From assembly GCA_951406725.2 (NCBI GenBank), contig OX597815.1, positions 16,120,001 to 16,184,000 of the forward strand: a DNA stretch of 64,000 nucleotides, in the 5' to 3' direction. Below, one piece after another: positions 26,915 through 40,906 of the stretch (position 1 is the stretch's first letter; the number at the start of each line of letters is the position of its first letter). The notes beneath the pieces are model-generated. The model saw only the letters and a list, made by a program, of their open reading frames with translations. It ran no database searches and was not told where the DNA came from. This DNA comes from Octopus vulgaris. Its lineage: Eukaryota. A program made the position numbers and the translations under genes.

Positions 26915-28802
26915 CGACGGGCTTCTTTCAGTTTCCGTCTACCAAATCCACTCACAAGGCATTGGTCGGCCCGGGGCTATAGCAGAAGACACTTGCCCAA
27001 GATGCCACGCAGTGGGACTGAACCCGGAACCATGTGGTTGGTTAGCAAGCTACTTACCACACAGCCACTCCTGCGCCTTATATATATACTTCCTCTAAAA
27101 ACCTCAATTTACAAAAGTTTAAGTTAAACATCAACCTCTGAGCTTGAAAGGCCTCCAGAAGCTGTGTACTGCTCTTCCTCTTTGCATTACATAATTAAAG
27201 AGAAAGGTTCTGAGTTCAAAATCCACTTTAGATATTTTTCTTTTCTGGGCTAACAGTTTATTCTAGATTGTTCCAGTTCATGTAAATGTCAGTAACAGGT
27301 ACTAAGATAATCTGTTGGATATTACCTAAGCCTGTTAATGTATCCATGGAAGAATATTTTCTCTCATCTACCTTACATAACAACATTCAGAATAAGTCCT
27401 AACTCATAGTCAGCCCTTAGAGTTTAGATTTAGGTGATTTTATGTAGTGGGTTTGAAACCATATGGAGAATGGGCTAGAGGGAAAGAACTTAACATAGTG
27501 TTATATGTATGTGAAGTTCCAACTTGAGAATGTATCAGCTTCTGTCTGTAGGTGTACTGTTTACAGAGCTACTTAGGGTTACATTAGTGATTGTGAGTGA
27601 CTTTAAAGCTGGAATATGTTTTTGGCAAGATCATCATTATTATATGCCTGGTTTCCTCTCTGGCATGGGTTGGACAGGTTGCTGATTATATAGACTGGTG
27701 CTCATATGTGTCGTTTGATCCAGTTTCTACAGCTGTTTTACAGAACATATTGGATGCATTTCATTTTTTTGCGAGGCCAACACGAGAGAGATTGAGTATT
27801 CTTTGACAAGGGAAAACTGCACAACCTTATACTTTCTCTGTTCATTTACCAGCCACTTAACAGTGTGTACTGGGTGCGTTTTTCATAGTTCAGACACTAA
27901 TGTGTTTGCCTTGCTCATTAAACAGTATAGAGAGTGCACAGCAGGTGGGGGGATCCACTGTAGCACTAGAACAGGAGTGGGTTGTTGAAAGTACTCTATA
28001 TCTTAGGGTGTGTACTGTTGCTCTGGTAACTAAGAAAGAGAAAGCAGTGGCATCAAAAAAATATAATGAGAAAAAGGTAGGATTATTTGGGGTTACTAAG
28101 TGATAGGCAATAGCAGAGGTTGACAAAAGATGAGGGGGAAAAGGCAGCATTAGCAGATGGACAAAGGTATGAATGGGTGATGAGATAAAGGCAAGAATAG
28201 GTGATGAGTGACTGTAGAAGTGGCTCGGTAGAGAGCAAGTTATAGCTGGCAGTACAACAGAGGGAAATTATTGCATGTTAAGACAAGGGGATTAATTTGA
28301 GATAGGGAAGGTTTGAAACCACGCAGACCAATCAGTGCACAAAAGTGTTTTTATTTTTTTTCTAATGAGTTGCTTTTGCAAAACCAGTTTCTTTCACTTG
28401 AAGGGGGCTAACTTCACAAATGTTGTAGGTTGTCTATGCCTTTCGTCTTTCCACTGGCAGAACAAACAGTAAATAATTTGGGAGATAATACAAAATTACA
28501 GAATTTTGTATTATCTGCTAGGATTATCTCAATCCTTTGTTTTACTGTCTTGTATGGATCAAGAGCTGAACATGTACACACACATATATTGTAGTTGTGT
28601 GGTTACAAAGTTCGCTTTGTAACCATGTGGTTTCTAGTTTGGTCTCACTGAAATTACACCTTGTATCTTTGGACTGACCAATGCCTTGCAAGTATAATTT
28701 AGTGGGAACTGAGAAACCTGTGTCATGTGTGATTAATTATTTTATGTCTTCATTAACACCATCACTGTAAAGAAATGGCGTTTTGGTTTACATAACTTCT
28801 GG

Positions 28803-29050
28803 TAAGCCGCATGGCTAAGTGGTTAGGGTGTTGAACTCATGATCGTAAGGTTGTGGTTTTGATTCCTGGACCGGGCGATACGTTGTGTTCTTGAGCAAAA
28901 CACTTCATTTTCACGTTGCTCCACTCCACTCAGCTGGCAAAAGTGAGTAATCCTGCGACGGACTGGCTTCCCGTCCAGGTGGGGAATTTCTACGCCACTG
29001 AAACCAGAAAACCGGCCCTTATGAGCCTGGCATGGCTCGAGAAGGAGCAG
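28803..29050 (+). mobile_element. tRNA-derived SINE with V-domain-like segment
   Basis: A-box tggctaagtgg, B-box-like ggttttgattcc, and cctgcgacggactggcttcccgtccagg resembling the V-SINE domain. Confidence 0.65.
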
Positions 29051-30951
29051 TCCAGCAGTTTCAACAGATGAAGTGTAGTAGAATGGGGAAAAATATAACA
29101 GAGGTATACTCTATTTAGAAAATAGCCGAGGGCTTTGTCTTATGCCAATTGGAAAAACAGAGTGAAAACTGAACAGAGAGAGGGAGAGAGAGATGGGTAG
29201 TTGGTATTGAATTGATTGAGGTCCAACTAGTTATTGCAGTGGTTTCAATGATAAAATGATAATTTCATTTATTTTTGTTTTAGTATGCCTCTGTATCCTT
29301 CTTAGTTTAGTTTCACTTCCTAATCAAGAAATAGGTAACCAAAAGGAGCACAGTTTGCCTTCTCCAATACCTTACTGTAAGTTGTTCCCTGTGACCTTTT
29401 GTCTTCTGTAGGTACCATCAGCCAATAGCACTCATTTTAATTTTTATTTACCCCTTTGTTGTATCTAGCAAATAATAGGGTCGTGATGTTTTGAACCAAA
29501 CTTCATCTCTTCTTCATGCACCATACTTATCTCTCCTTCCCTGCTTCTGCAGTCCAACACTCCTCTGTTGTCTCTACTTTTCCTCCTCCTGCCAACTATA
29601 TCTTCCCTATATACCCATGTTTTGCCACTCACTGCATTCTCCCCTTTCCCTTTACCCCCTTTTGCACTTTCATGAACTCCCTATTCAAGTACACCGAGCA
29701 ATCCTTTACCATTTCATTTATTATCATTTCCTTGTACCTTGAGAGTGAGTATGTCCTAGCACGACACCACCCTCTCTCTTGCTCTCTCTTAATTTCATTC
29801 TTGCTTTCCCCCAACTAGACTCACCTTGTATCTCTACAGTATGACACCTGTTTCTCTCTTTTGTCATACTCTTATCTCTCATTACCTGGATCAAAGCCAC
29901 TTCCATCAATACCTCTGCCCCTCTCAGTTGAAGGATTTTTGTCTTGCACGTTGGTTTCGCAGGTGTTGGTGCCACACAAAAAGCACCCTGTTCACTTTGT
30001 AAAGGGGTTGGCACTAGGAAGGGCATCCAGCATCTTTTGAACCATGACCAAGCAGACAGTGGAGCTTGATGCATTTCTCTGGCGTACCAGCTCCTGTCAA
30101 ACTGTCTCAACACATGCCAACATGGAAGACAGACATTAAAGGATGATAATGATACTTTTATGGTGGACAATTTAATTCTTTTCGTCAAGATTTTATTGTA
30201 TTCAAACATGCATAAGTGTGTGTATATCATATATGTTTGTGTGTGTGTGTGTGTGTGTGTACATGTATACTCTTTTACTCTTTTAATTGTTTCAGTCATT
30301 TGACTGCGGCCATGCTGGAGCACCGCCTTTAGTCGAGCAAATCGACCCCGGGACTTATTCTTTGTAAGCCCAGTACTTATTCTATCGGTCTGTTTTGCCG
30401 AACCGCTAAGTGACGGGGACGTAAACACACCAGCATCGGGGGGACAAACACAGACACGCAAACACACACGCACATACATACATATATATATATATATACA
30501 TATATACGACAGGCTTCTTTCAGTTTCCGTCTACCAAATCCACTCACAAGGCATTGGTCGGCCCGGGGCTATAGCAGAAGACACTTGCCCAAGATGCCAC
30601 GCAGTGGGACTGAACCCGGAACCATGTGGCTGGTTAGCAAGCCACTCCTGCGCCTATATGTATGTGCATTTTTTTTTATTAATTGCAGAAGTTATGAGTA
30701 AGCCAAGAGTCATGTATTGGCATTGATCAGTCTTCTGCCAATTGGAAAAACTGGCTTAAAAACTGAACATGCATATACAGATATAGATATTCTGGTAATT
30801 GATAATAAAAATTACTCACACACACACACATACAGGTTTTTAAGTTCTATTTTCCTGTTTGTATCGACAAACCTATGTTATGTATGTATGGACATATGTT
30901 ATAATTATTTTGTTTTAAATGTTAACCATTTGATTTTTCTTTATTGTGTAG

Positions 30952-31117
30952 ACACTCGACCAAAAGGCTGGTTCAAACCAATGTTCAACCAATCTGGGAA
31001 TATTATGCAAAATGCAATGAACACACGACAGACTTCTGGTTGCAAGCAAGTGTCCCCTATTACTGCAAGTCTTGGTACACCTATACCTCAGGCCAATATA
31101 AGTGGAATGGATACTGG
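30952..31117 (+). CDS. SENP6/7-like gene, exon (TRPKGWFKPMFNQSG...SGMDTG)
   Basis: Polypyrimidine tract plus TAG acceptor, donor GG|GTAAGC, phase 2 matching the exon at 46368; internal ATGs could serve as start. Confidence 0.7.
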
Positions 31118-31134
31118 GTAAGCTGTGGTGCAGT

Positions 31135-31175
<41 letters not shown>

Positions 31176-31492
31176 TAGTTATTCATTTCTCTGTAAATCT
31201 GTAGTTGGTTATTTAAAGTCTCTGACAATATCAAGAGTTGAAAATTGTGCTGCAAAAACTATTCTCTTGTAAGCAAAGCATTTTTACTTTGTTTTTAATT
31301 AACAAAGCTAAATCTAAGTATCACTTCCACTCTGTAACAAATGCATGTATGAAATTGTTCTAATATCTTTAAACTTCCAACTTTTGCTAGTTTAGAAATA
31401 AATAAAGTGTATGGTTCTTCCTCCTGTTAGCCTGTCCCAGGTTCATAGGTAGTGTTCTTAGAAATATTGTATAAGCAAAACAAATTGTTTAA

Positions 31493-31708
31493 CCCTTTCA
31501 TTACTAACCCAGCTGAAACCGGCTCTGGCTCTGAGTACAAATGTCTTGTTTTCATAAGTTTTGAATTGAAATCTTCCACCAAACCTTAGTCACAATTTAT
31601 GTTCCTAACACTAGCTGAATGATAACTAAGTTATTTTACTAAACTCTTTGTTATATTTAAAGTAATTGAAAGGAACACAGAGCATCTCTAAATACAGTAA
31701 CGAAAGGG
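31493..31708. mobile_element. piggyBac-type MITE (copy 1 of 3)
   Basis: TTAA TSD, TIRs ccctttc(a/g)ttac / gtaacgaaaggg; near-identical to 48053-48273 and 49295-49514. Confidence 0.9.
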
Positions 31709-34700
31709 TTAAGGAATATGTCTTTGTGTTAGTAACAATGTATTACCATCTCATTAGTAGTTTTAAAACAAATTTCAATAATTATGTATTTAACATCTAA
31801 TTCTTTGTGCTATTTATGTGTAATGGAAACTTTCAATTCTGACTAAACTACTTCATTCCACTTTCTTCATCATCCAAATATTCATACTATTATCAATTCA
31901 TAGCACCTTTTTATCTATCATATATTATCCATTTGTACTCGTATTAATATCTAAGTTGTAGTACTTCTTGTGTCCACTGACCAATGTTATCTTTTAAATT
32001 TTAGACTGTTTCTTGCTTCAACTTTTCTTTAGTGTACAGTACTTAATGCCTAATTGCTGTTTGTCCCCTATATTCATTACCATGGATCATCTAGAGAGGT
32101 GTCCATGTTGTAATCTTGCATTCATATGTTCAAATTCATTAGACCTTTCCACACTATGCCAATGTAAATAATCATCATCATCGTCATCATCGTTTAACAT
32201 CTGTTCTCCATGCTAGCATGGGTTGGACGGTTCGACCAGGGATCTGGGAAGCCAGAAGGCTGCACCAGGCTCCAGTCTGATCTGGCAGTGTTTCTACAGC
32301 TGGATGCCCTTCCTAAAGCCAACCACTCCGTGAGTGTAGTGAGTGCTTTTTACGTGCCACCGGCACAGGTGCCAGGCGAGGCTGGCAATGGCCACGATCG
32401 GATTGGTGCTTTTTACATGCCACCGGCACGGAAGCCAGTCTAGGCGGCGCTGGCATCAGCCACCTTCAGATGGTGCTTTTTATGTGCCACCGGCACAGGG
32501 ATCACAACTGCAGTTTCCATTGATTTTTGCTGTTGGTGTACTTGACTCAATGGATCTCCTCAAGCACAGGGTCGAAATGGTGTTTCTTTACTTGCCATGA
32601 TGGCAAGTAATGATGGCATATATTGCAACAACTAGAAAAAAATGTTGAGATAGCAAACTATATGATATTTCTATCAAGTGGAAATAGTATTTCTTAGAAA
32701 TGTAATAATATATACAAGCTGAAATACTGATTATGTAGTTAAAAGTTGAAATTTAAATATTGTATATCATTTAGGATACACACATTATTATTTCAGTCTG
32801 ATGCTGTTTCAAGTGAGCTGGTTAATTGTTAAGGATGCTGATCAAAATGCTTAACTGCATTTTGTCTGTCTTTACGTTCTGAGTTCAAATTCCGCTGAGG
32901 TTGACTTTGCATTTCATCTTTTTGGGGTTGATTAAATTAAGTACCAGCGAAACATTGAGGGTGATGTAACTGATCCCTTTCCCTAAAATTTCAGGCATTA
33001 TACCTATAGTAAAATGGATTAATAATAAACATTGTGTTGTCTCTGACAGCAAATATCTCTTCTTATTCCTACTGTGGAAAGTCTTACTCAACAATAGGCA
33101 AATGTCCAAAGTTTATAAAATCCATGCAGGTATTAAAAAATGCATCAGTAAAATCATCATCGTCATCGTTTAACGTCCGTTCTCCATGCTAGCATGGGTT
33201 GGACTGTTCGACCGGGGATCTGGGAAGCCAGAAGGCTGCACCAGGCTCCAGTCTTATCTGGCAATGTTTCTACAGCTGGATGCCCTTCCTAATGCCAACC
33301 ACTCCGTGAGTGTAGTGGGTGCTTTTTCCATGCCACCCGCACAGGTGCCAGGCGAGGCTGGCAGCGTCCACGGTCGGATTGGTGCATTTTACGTGCCACC
33401 GGCATGGAAGCCAGTCGAGGCGGCACTGGCTTCGGCCAGACGGGAATGTGGTTATATATATGTATCACTGGTCTACCTGAAAAAAAAATCCTTAAAACTT
33501 AAATTATTTTTTTTTATTGAAACTTTACAATAATTTTCTGAAGTAAAATATTTCCTTGACATCAGTTGCGTATATTTGAAATATTCATGTAGTTTCTGAT
33601 TACCTTATTAGTCTCAACCATGCAAAATTTTAACATCGAACAAACAAAAAGTCACTTGCTCTCTTGGCCTCAGTGAAAATCCTAATCGATTACTATAAAT
33701 AATCCTGTGCCATTCATAAAAATACAGAAGACACTACAGCAGTGGTTCCCCCCCCCCGGTCACATTCCTAGCACCCCCACCCCAACTAACCATCACAAAC
33801 ACATACCTCTTTCTGAAGCAAACTCAAAGCATCTGCATTTTTCACAAATAAAACTTAACCTAATGAACCCATTATTTTGTTGTTTTTACATGAATCCCTA
33901 CCCCATTATCACCCCACTTTTTACATGAATCGTTACCCCATTATCTCCCCACTTTTCTTCAACACCCCCTTGGAACTTTCCACTGCCCCTAAGTGTGCAA
34001 TACCACCCTCTTTGGGTACTGCTTTTTCCATCCTTCTCGCACATACTTTAAGGCTTTTGATTATTTCATTTCTTTGGTTTAAAAATATATAATCTTACTC
34101 AGAGACTTCTTGAAATCTTCAATATTCAGTTCTTTCTGTTTTTCTTACTCAGATAAGTCCAGTTGATACAATAACCAAATTCCTGTCATAAAAAATGAGT
34201 TGTGCCAGCTAATCCCTTCTTATATTTATGTCCTCAGTTGCCTATCACACTTAACTTTTTCCTTCTATTTTAGGCCCAGGGAGAAAAGGATAATTGGCAG
34301 AAATAAGACCCTAACTTGCTATCCTTACATTTCTTGCTCTATATATTTTACATCAATCGTTGATGCACTCTTTCATGGACCTTGCAGATCATCTTTCTTC
34401 CTAAATTTCTTTCTCCCTTGCCATACACTAATTTCCATTTCTTATAACTCCACATTAGGTGTACCTCTCAGTTCTGTTCAGGTAAACCTAATGCAACAAA
34501 TGTATTTATTTGCTTTTAAAGCACCCACTACACTCTCGGAGTGGTTGGCATTAGGAAGGGCATCCAGCTGTAGAAACACTGCCAGATCAGATTGGAGCCT
34601 GGTGCAGCCATCTGGTTTGCCAGCCCTCAGTCAAATCGTCCAACCCATGCTAGCATGGAAAGCGGACGTTAAATGATGATGATGATGATATTCAGTAAAT

Positions 34701-35159
34701 TCTCTGATGGAGACTGTCAGAAATATTAGGCTTTCCCCCTTTCTCATGCAAATTATTTATCTATTTTTTTTTTATATATCTCGCTTCACTCGCTTCCACA
34801 GGCTTAGCCAATACGCAGGATGAAAAATATCAGCTAAAGTCCTGTTCCTTCTTTTCATTGTTTTTGCAAGTATCATCATCACCATCAAGCCTTCTTATTA
34901 TTATTGTTTCCCCATATATTGGCGTTATCGTTGTCTTTCGTCTCAAATGCTAGCTGAAGCATATAAACTTCATTCACAAAAACTTCGCAAAAACATCTCG
35001 TCTCAAATTTGGTCTTTCTTTCTGTCGCTAAATTCTCTAACCCATTTTTTCCCAACTTCCACTCATAGAAACTTATGCACACGATCGCAAAGCATTCCAT
35101 CTCAAATCCTGTCTTTCTTTCTGCCGCCTAAAAATCTCATCTTCTCCCATTGCGCGGTG

Positions 35160-35383
35160 CGCCCGCCCTCCCACCCCCACCACCAATACCACCCCCACCA
35201 CCAATACCACCCCCACCACCAATACCACCCCCACCACCAATACCACCCCCACCACCAATACCACCAATACCACCACCACCAATACCACCAATACCACCCC
35301 CACCACCAATACCACCAATACCCCCCCCACCAATACCACCACCACCACCAATACCCCCCCCACCGCCAATACCACCAATACCG
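35160..35383. repeat. C-rich (CCACCAATACCACCC)n low-complexity repeat
   Basis: Direct inspection; translates as PPPPPI, HHQY or GGGGI repeats depending on frame. Confidence 0.9.
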
Positions 35384-36129
35384 GTGAACACTGTTCTCAC
35401 CATCTACACCGGATACTCCCTCCTCCTCCCCCACCACCCCTTCCTACCCCTTCTCCTCATATGCTTTCACTGAGAAAAGACAAGCTGCTAGCGTCTCAGC
35501 TCATCAACCGCCCTCTGATCTTACGCTTCCTCCTGTTTTGAATCTGACACTGCCTCAATCCTACTATCTCCTTCCAGTCCCCTCCATGCCTCGTAATATC
35601 CTACGTTTTTATTTCTTACGAACCTGCACCAACCCTTCCTGCCATCGTTCCTCCTTACCCACCCAACCTTCCCCACACCTACCCATATATATATATACAC
35701 ATCCTACGTTTATATTTCTTACGAACCTTCACCAACCCTTCCTGCCATCGTTCCTCCTCCCCCAACCTTCCCCACTGGTGCTCCCCTATATTACCTGCAC
35801 CCCTTTACTATCTCTCCCTCTCTTTTCACTGGTGAAACCTTTCTCAGCTGGACCCCCCCCCCAACTCAACTCTACCCCGCATCCCGTTGCCCCCGTGTCC
35901 CTGGCACGTTAAAAGCTCGAACCGATCGTGACCGATGCCGGACCCCCCGGCCCCTGTGCAGGTGGCACGTAAAAAGCACCCAATCCACTCACGGAGTGGT
36001 TGGCGTTAGGAAGGGCATCCAGCCGTAGAAACTCTGCCAGAATCAGACTGGAGCCTGGAGCGGCCCCTGGCTTCCCAGACCCCGGTCGAACCGTCCAACC
36101 CGTGCTAGCGCGGAAAACGGACGTTAAAC

Positions 36130-36165
<36 letters not shown>

Positions 36166-36644
36166 TAGCTAACACAGACTTCACAAGTTTACTGAGATTC
36201 TTTTGTTTGCTTTAATGCTACAATGATCTGACAAATTTGTCTATCTAAAGCTTTGTTTTAAATTCTCCTTCAATGTTGGACAAGAACCATTTGCTTCTGT
36301 TGGAGATGCTGGATTATTAAACTAAAGCTAATGAGCTCAAGATCTTGTCAGACCAGTGTAATAGTATGAATTATGTTGCTCTTTTCCTTATTTCTATAAT
36401 TTTTCATATGTACATGTCCCCTCCATGTAATCAATGCACCTCACATCTGTGAATGAAAAGTAGGAACATAATATCACAAATACAACACACTTCCACCTTA
36501 CTCTAACTAAACTTGACAAAGCCCTTCAAACCTGTTATGAATGCTATGTATCACATCCTCATCTATAATAGCTCCAACTGCTCTCCAAACACTAGGCTTC
36601 CTTGTTATTATTGATCCTAATCAAAGCACAAGTGTATTATAGTA

Positions 36645-37150
36645 CACGCAATGGCCCAGTGGTTAGGGCAGCAGACTCGCGGTCGTAGGATCGCAGTTTC
36701 GATTCCCAGACCGAGCATTGTGAATGTTTATTGAGCGAAAACACCTAAAGCCCCACAAGGCTCCGGCAGGGGGTGGTGGTGAACCCTGCTGTACTCTTTC
36801 ACCACAACTTTCTCTCACTCTTTCTTCCTGTTTCTGTTGTACCTGTATTTCAAAGGGCCGGCCTTGTCACACTCTGTGTCACACTGAATCTCCTCAAGAA
36901 CTACGTTAAGGGTACACGTATCTGTGGAGTGCTCAGCCACTTGCACGTTAATAAATGAGCTGCAACGTCACTGGTGCCAAGTTGTATTGGTCTTTGCCTT
37001 TCCCTTGGATAACATCAGTGGTGTGGAGAGGGGAGGCTGGTATGCGTGGACGACTGCTGGTCTTCCATAAACAACCTTGCCCAGACTTGTACCTCGGAGG
37101 GTAACTTTCTAGGTGCAATTCCATGGTCATTCATGACCAAAGGAGGTCAC
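36645..37150 (+). mobile_element. Probable tRNA-derived SINE (fourth family)
   Basis: tRNA-like head tggcccagtggttagggcagcagactcgcggtcgtaggatcgcagtttcgattccc followed by a ~450-bp body. Confidence 0.6.
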
Positions 37151-37629
37151 ATCACATTATAGTACAGCTCATATCTTGGATAGTACTGCCTCAGACAAGC
37201 ATTCTAGACCTTATCAAAAATAAGATATCTTATTGGCAAACCTTTCACTTACCACATGCTATAACCATTAACCTGTTGATGCAATCTCTTCTCCTCGGAT
37301 ATTAGAATAGTTCCTACTCCTTTGAATTAGCAAACTAAAATACACATCACTTCTCTCACCTTTTCCCTTGTCACTTCTCTCTCACCTTTTCCCTTGTCAT
37401 CTTCCCCTTTCTCTCACCTTTTCCCTTGTCATCTTCCCCTTTCTCTCTATCTATTTTCTAAGAGGTGCAACTCTTTGTAACTTCCACCCTGCCCACAGAT
37501 AAGGTGTTCAAACTGCACATCAACCACACTAGTCTGGGAGAGCTTGGAAAGACGATGGGCACTCTCCTCTTCTTCCACACACTGAATAATAAAGAAACTG
37601 TGTTCTTTTTTGTAACATCAACTTTGTCT

Positions 37630-38122
37630 AACTCATCAGTTTGGAACCCCTATCTTGCTCAGAACATTGACCTCCTGGAATCTGTCCAGAGACGTGCAAC
37701 CAAACGCATACCCTCCATCAGACACCTACCATATTCTGAGCGCCTTGTTTCCCTGGGCATGGATTCACTGAAGCTCGGCGTCTGGCGACGGACTTGGTAA
37801 ACACCCACAAAGTTATCAACCACCTCACCAACAACAACACTGAACACCTTTTTGATCTCCATGTGTCTAACACACGTGGACATGCCTACAAAGTCAGAAA
37901 ACAACACAGCTCCCATGACTTTCGGAAACATTTTTTCACGCTCAGAGTTGCTGAAGCATGGAATAAACTGCCTGCGTCAGTTGTTGACTGCCATGACACT
38001 GCATCCTTTAAGGCCTCATGCTTTCCGAAATCCGCCGAAACTACACCTGATTATATATACACTTTAGATGAGTTGTAGTGCACCTGAGCACTGTACACAA
38101 TTGTTATTATTATTATTATTAT
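37630..38122 (+). mobile_element. CR1-type LINE 3' end
   Basis: VWNPYLAQNIDLLESVQRRATKRIP..YSERL; TRGHAYKV..RKHFFTLRVAEAWNKLP; (ATT)n tail. Confidence 0.9.
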
Positions 38123-38629
38123 AAGGTGTATATTACAGAAACTTCCTCTGTCTTCTTTCAAATTTTCTCAGTAACTCTCTTTTACCTTCTTTCAGCTGAT
38201 TTCTCACCTATATCATTTACATACCTACTAGTGTACATAACATTTAATATCTAAAAAGGGTTTTCCTTGGCCTGATAGTTTTATTTTATACATTGCATAA
38301 ATCAATATTTGATACATTTCTTTCTAGCACTGGCTAAATTTCACTAATTACTAATCTACTCTGTATCATCTACATTTTATACAAAGAACACATTTTCATT
38401 GTTACTTTCAAAGAAAGATCTTCTTTTTTACTGTTTAAAAGAAAAGTAATATACTTCTAAACTGTCTTTACTTATGTCATATACTATATCATTGGCTCCA
38501 AAACTAGTTGGCTCTATTACTTTTGACGCAGTCTAGTCTTCCTAAAATCTACATGAAATTTATCGTTGATAAATTAAGTTAAATTTTATATATATATAAT
38601 GTGTGTGTGTGATGTGAGAGAGAGAGATA

Positions 38630-40070
38630 GTCATTATTAACATCCGCTTTCGATGCTGACATGGAGTTGACTAGCAGAAAGATGTCTAGACTCCAATTGT
38701 CTGTTGTGGCATGGTTTCTACAGTTGGATGCCTTTCCTAACATCAACTGCTTAACAGAGTGTGCTGGGTGATTTTTATGTGTCACTGGCATGGGTGCTTT
38801 TTAAGTGGCGCTGGCACCCAAAGGACAAGCCTGTACATGTGGAAGACAGTGATTTTACCAAGCTTGATATGTCTTATCCAGTACAGCAAATGGCCACATC
38901 TCCTGGTCCCTTGTCATTTCCTTGGTGAGGCCCAGCATCCAAAGATCCTTTCTCACTACTTTGTCCCACATCTTCCTGGGTCTACTCTTTTCCACAGGTA
39001 CCCTCCACAATTAGAACTTAGCACTTCTTTATGCAGCTGTCCTCATCCATATAAATCACATGACCAAACCAATGCAGTCTTCTTTCTTGCACACAACATC
39101 TGATGTCTCTTACACCCAGTTTTCCTCTTAAATCATTTACACTCTGTCGTGCAGGCACACCGACATTACCCATCCAGCAGAGCATGCTAGTTTCGTTTCT
39201 TTCAAGCCTTCGCAAGTTCTCTGTAGTCAAAGCTCATGTTTCTTGGCCATATAACATAGCTGTAAGTAGACAAACATCATACAATCTGCCTTTCACTCTG
39301 TGGGAGAGGCCCTTAGTTAACAACAAAGGTAGAAGCCCATTCTTATCCTTGCAACTACACTTTCAGAATTTCCTCCTGCTAATGTGGTTTCCTAGGTAAC
39401 AGAAGCTATCTACTATTTCTGAGCCTCCTCTCCCCCCAGCATTTGAGGGAGCCCATTGTCTGTGCATTTTTACTGCTTATTGTGCGTGCACATTTGCTAC
39501 ACATGAAGAACAAAGACTATATTCTCCATTAACTTTTTTGTGATACCGCTACACCTCATGTGTCCAAAGCTTGCACTAGGTACAACTTGTGATTTGTCTA
39601 TTTTTCTACTTACTAGGACTTTGGTTTTTGCTAAATTAATTAGATTCCAGTCCTTGTTTCCATACCTGAAATTTCTTCTCTAGGTTAGGTAGTGATTCAG
39701 CTATAAGAACAAGCTCATCAGCATAGAGGAGCTTCCAGGGAGAGCCAGTTTTGAATTCTTCTGTTAAGGTCTGGAGGACTAAGGTAAACAGGAAGGAGAT
39801 GAGAACTGAGCTTGGTGGACTCCTACCTGTACACTCAATTCATTGCTATACTCATTATCAACCTTCATCTTACTGGCAGCATCCCTGTATATGGTTTGTA
39901 CTGCTCTCACTAACCACTCATCTATCCTGAGCTCCTGCATTGACCACCAGATAAGGGAGCTGGGGACCCTGTCTAAGGCTTTCTCCATGTTGACAAAAGT
40001 CAGGTACAGAGGTTTATTTTTGGCTAAATACTTTTCCTGCAGTTGCCTAACCAGGATTAGCATTGATGGA
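38630..40070 (-). mobile_element. Degenerate RTE-clade LINE (RT through 3' UTR)
   Basis: RQLQEKYLAKNKPLYLTFVNMEKALDRVP..VGVHQ and VQERRLHWFGHVIYMDEDSCIKKC; runs into a diverged copy of the GAT-tailed repeat. Confidence 0.88.
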
Positions 40071-40083
40071 TAAACATGAAATA

Positions 40084-40459
40084 CTAGCAGTACCGCCCGG
40101 CGTTCCTCGGGTTTGTAAGGGAAATAACTATAAAGCATTTTTAGAGAGTTATAGCCAAAAAATAGCAAAAAAATTATGGTAATTTTTTTTTTTCGAGAGT
40201 TAAAAAGGTCGAGTTGCGTCTCCTAGACAGTCTGTGGTTTGTGTTTCTGATTCTTGACCCCATGTCGAATTTATCGATTTTTTTCAGAACTGGGGGAACT
40301 TTTCAAAATTTTCGCTGCGTTAGTTTTGAATTATGACATTGGGCTATGTGTGTGTCAAGTTTCATCAGAATCGGTTGAAAGCCGTGGTCAGGGTGAGGGT
40401 ACAACCTAACAGACACACAGACACGCAGACAGACAAACTGCCGTTTATATATAGAGAGA
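40084..40459 (-). mobile_element. Non-autonomous Helitron-type element
   Basis: Minus strand: 5' TC start after A, subterminal hairpin cccg..cggg, 3' CTAG before T; (acag)n tract; relatives at 54861-55246 and partial ~11000-11207. Confidence 0.8.
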
Positions 40460-40848
40460 TATCCACAGTAATTAAGCGCTCAATTAACAATACATTATTA
40501 AACTCCAATGTCCTATTACAGTGCAGTGAATCCAGGGTGGAACAAATTGCATATACATACAGAATTACCTAAAACGATCTTTTAGAGAGACCTGTTTAGA
40601 ATAAATAGAAAAGCATAAACTTGACAAATTGTGTCATAATTTGTGCTCATCACTTGTTTCATTAGTTAGAAACATTTATATAATTGAATTGCATGATTAA
40701 AATCATTCAGATTAAGGTTAATTCAAATTAATTATGTATTTTAATTACCTGGTTATAAATAATGATGTTTATTGCTAATGAAATAGCTGTTGAGCACTAA
40801 TAACTTACGAACTGAACTAGAGAGAAATTAATACATTTTTTTTGCTTT

Positions 40849-40906
<58 letters not shown>

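Noticed and set aside
27552-27592. Possible 41-nt micro-exon (TAG...GTGAGT)
   Set aside because: Splice-like signals only; no coding or other support
32210-32600. Recurrent MLAWVGRFD.../MLFMCHRH... ORFs suggesting a gene family
   Set aside because: Antisense translations of the GAT-tailed repeat, with variable frameshifts between copies
35073-35473. Formin/extensin-like proline-rich or glycine-rich CDS
   Set aside because: Open in several frames because of a simple repeat; no convincing splice sites; the exon chain 31117->46368 is already in phase
36645-36715. tRNA genes at SINE heads (also 12014, 23337, 28803)
   Set aside because: No complete cloverleaf or T-run terminator; the sequence continues into SINE bodies
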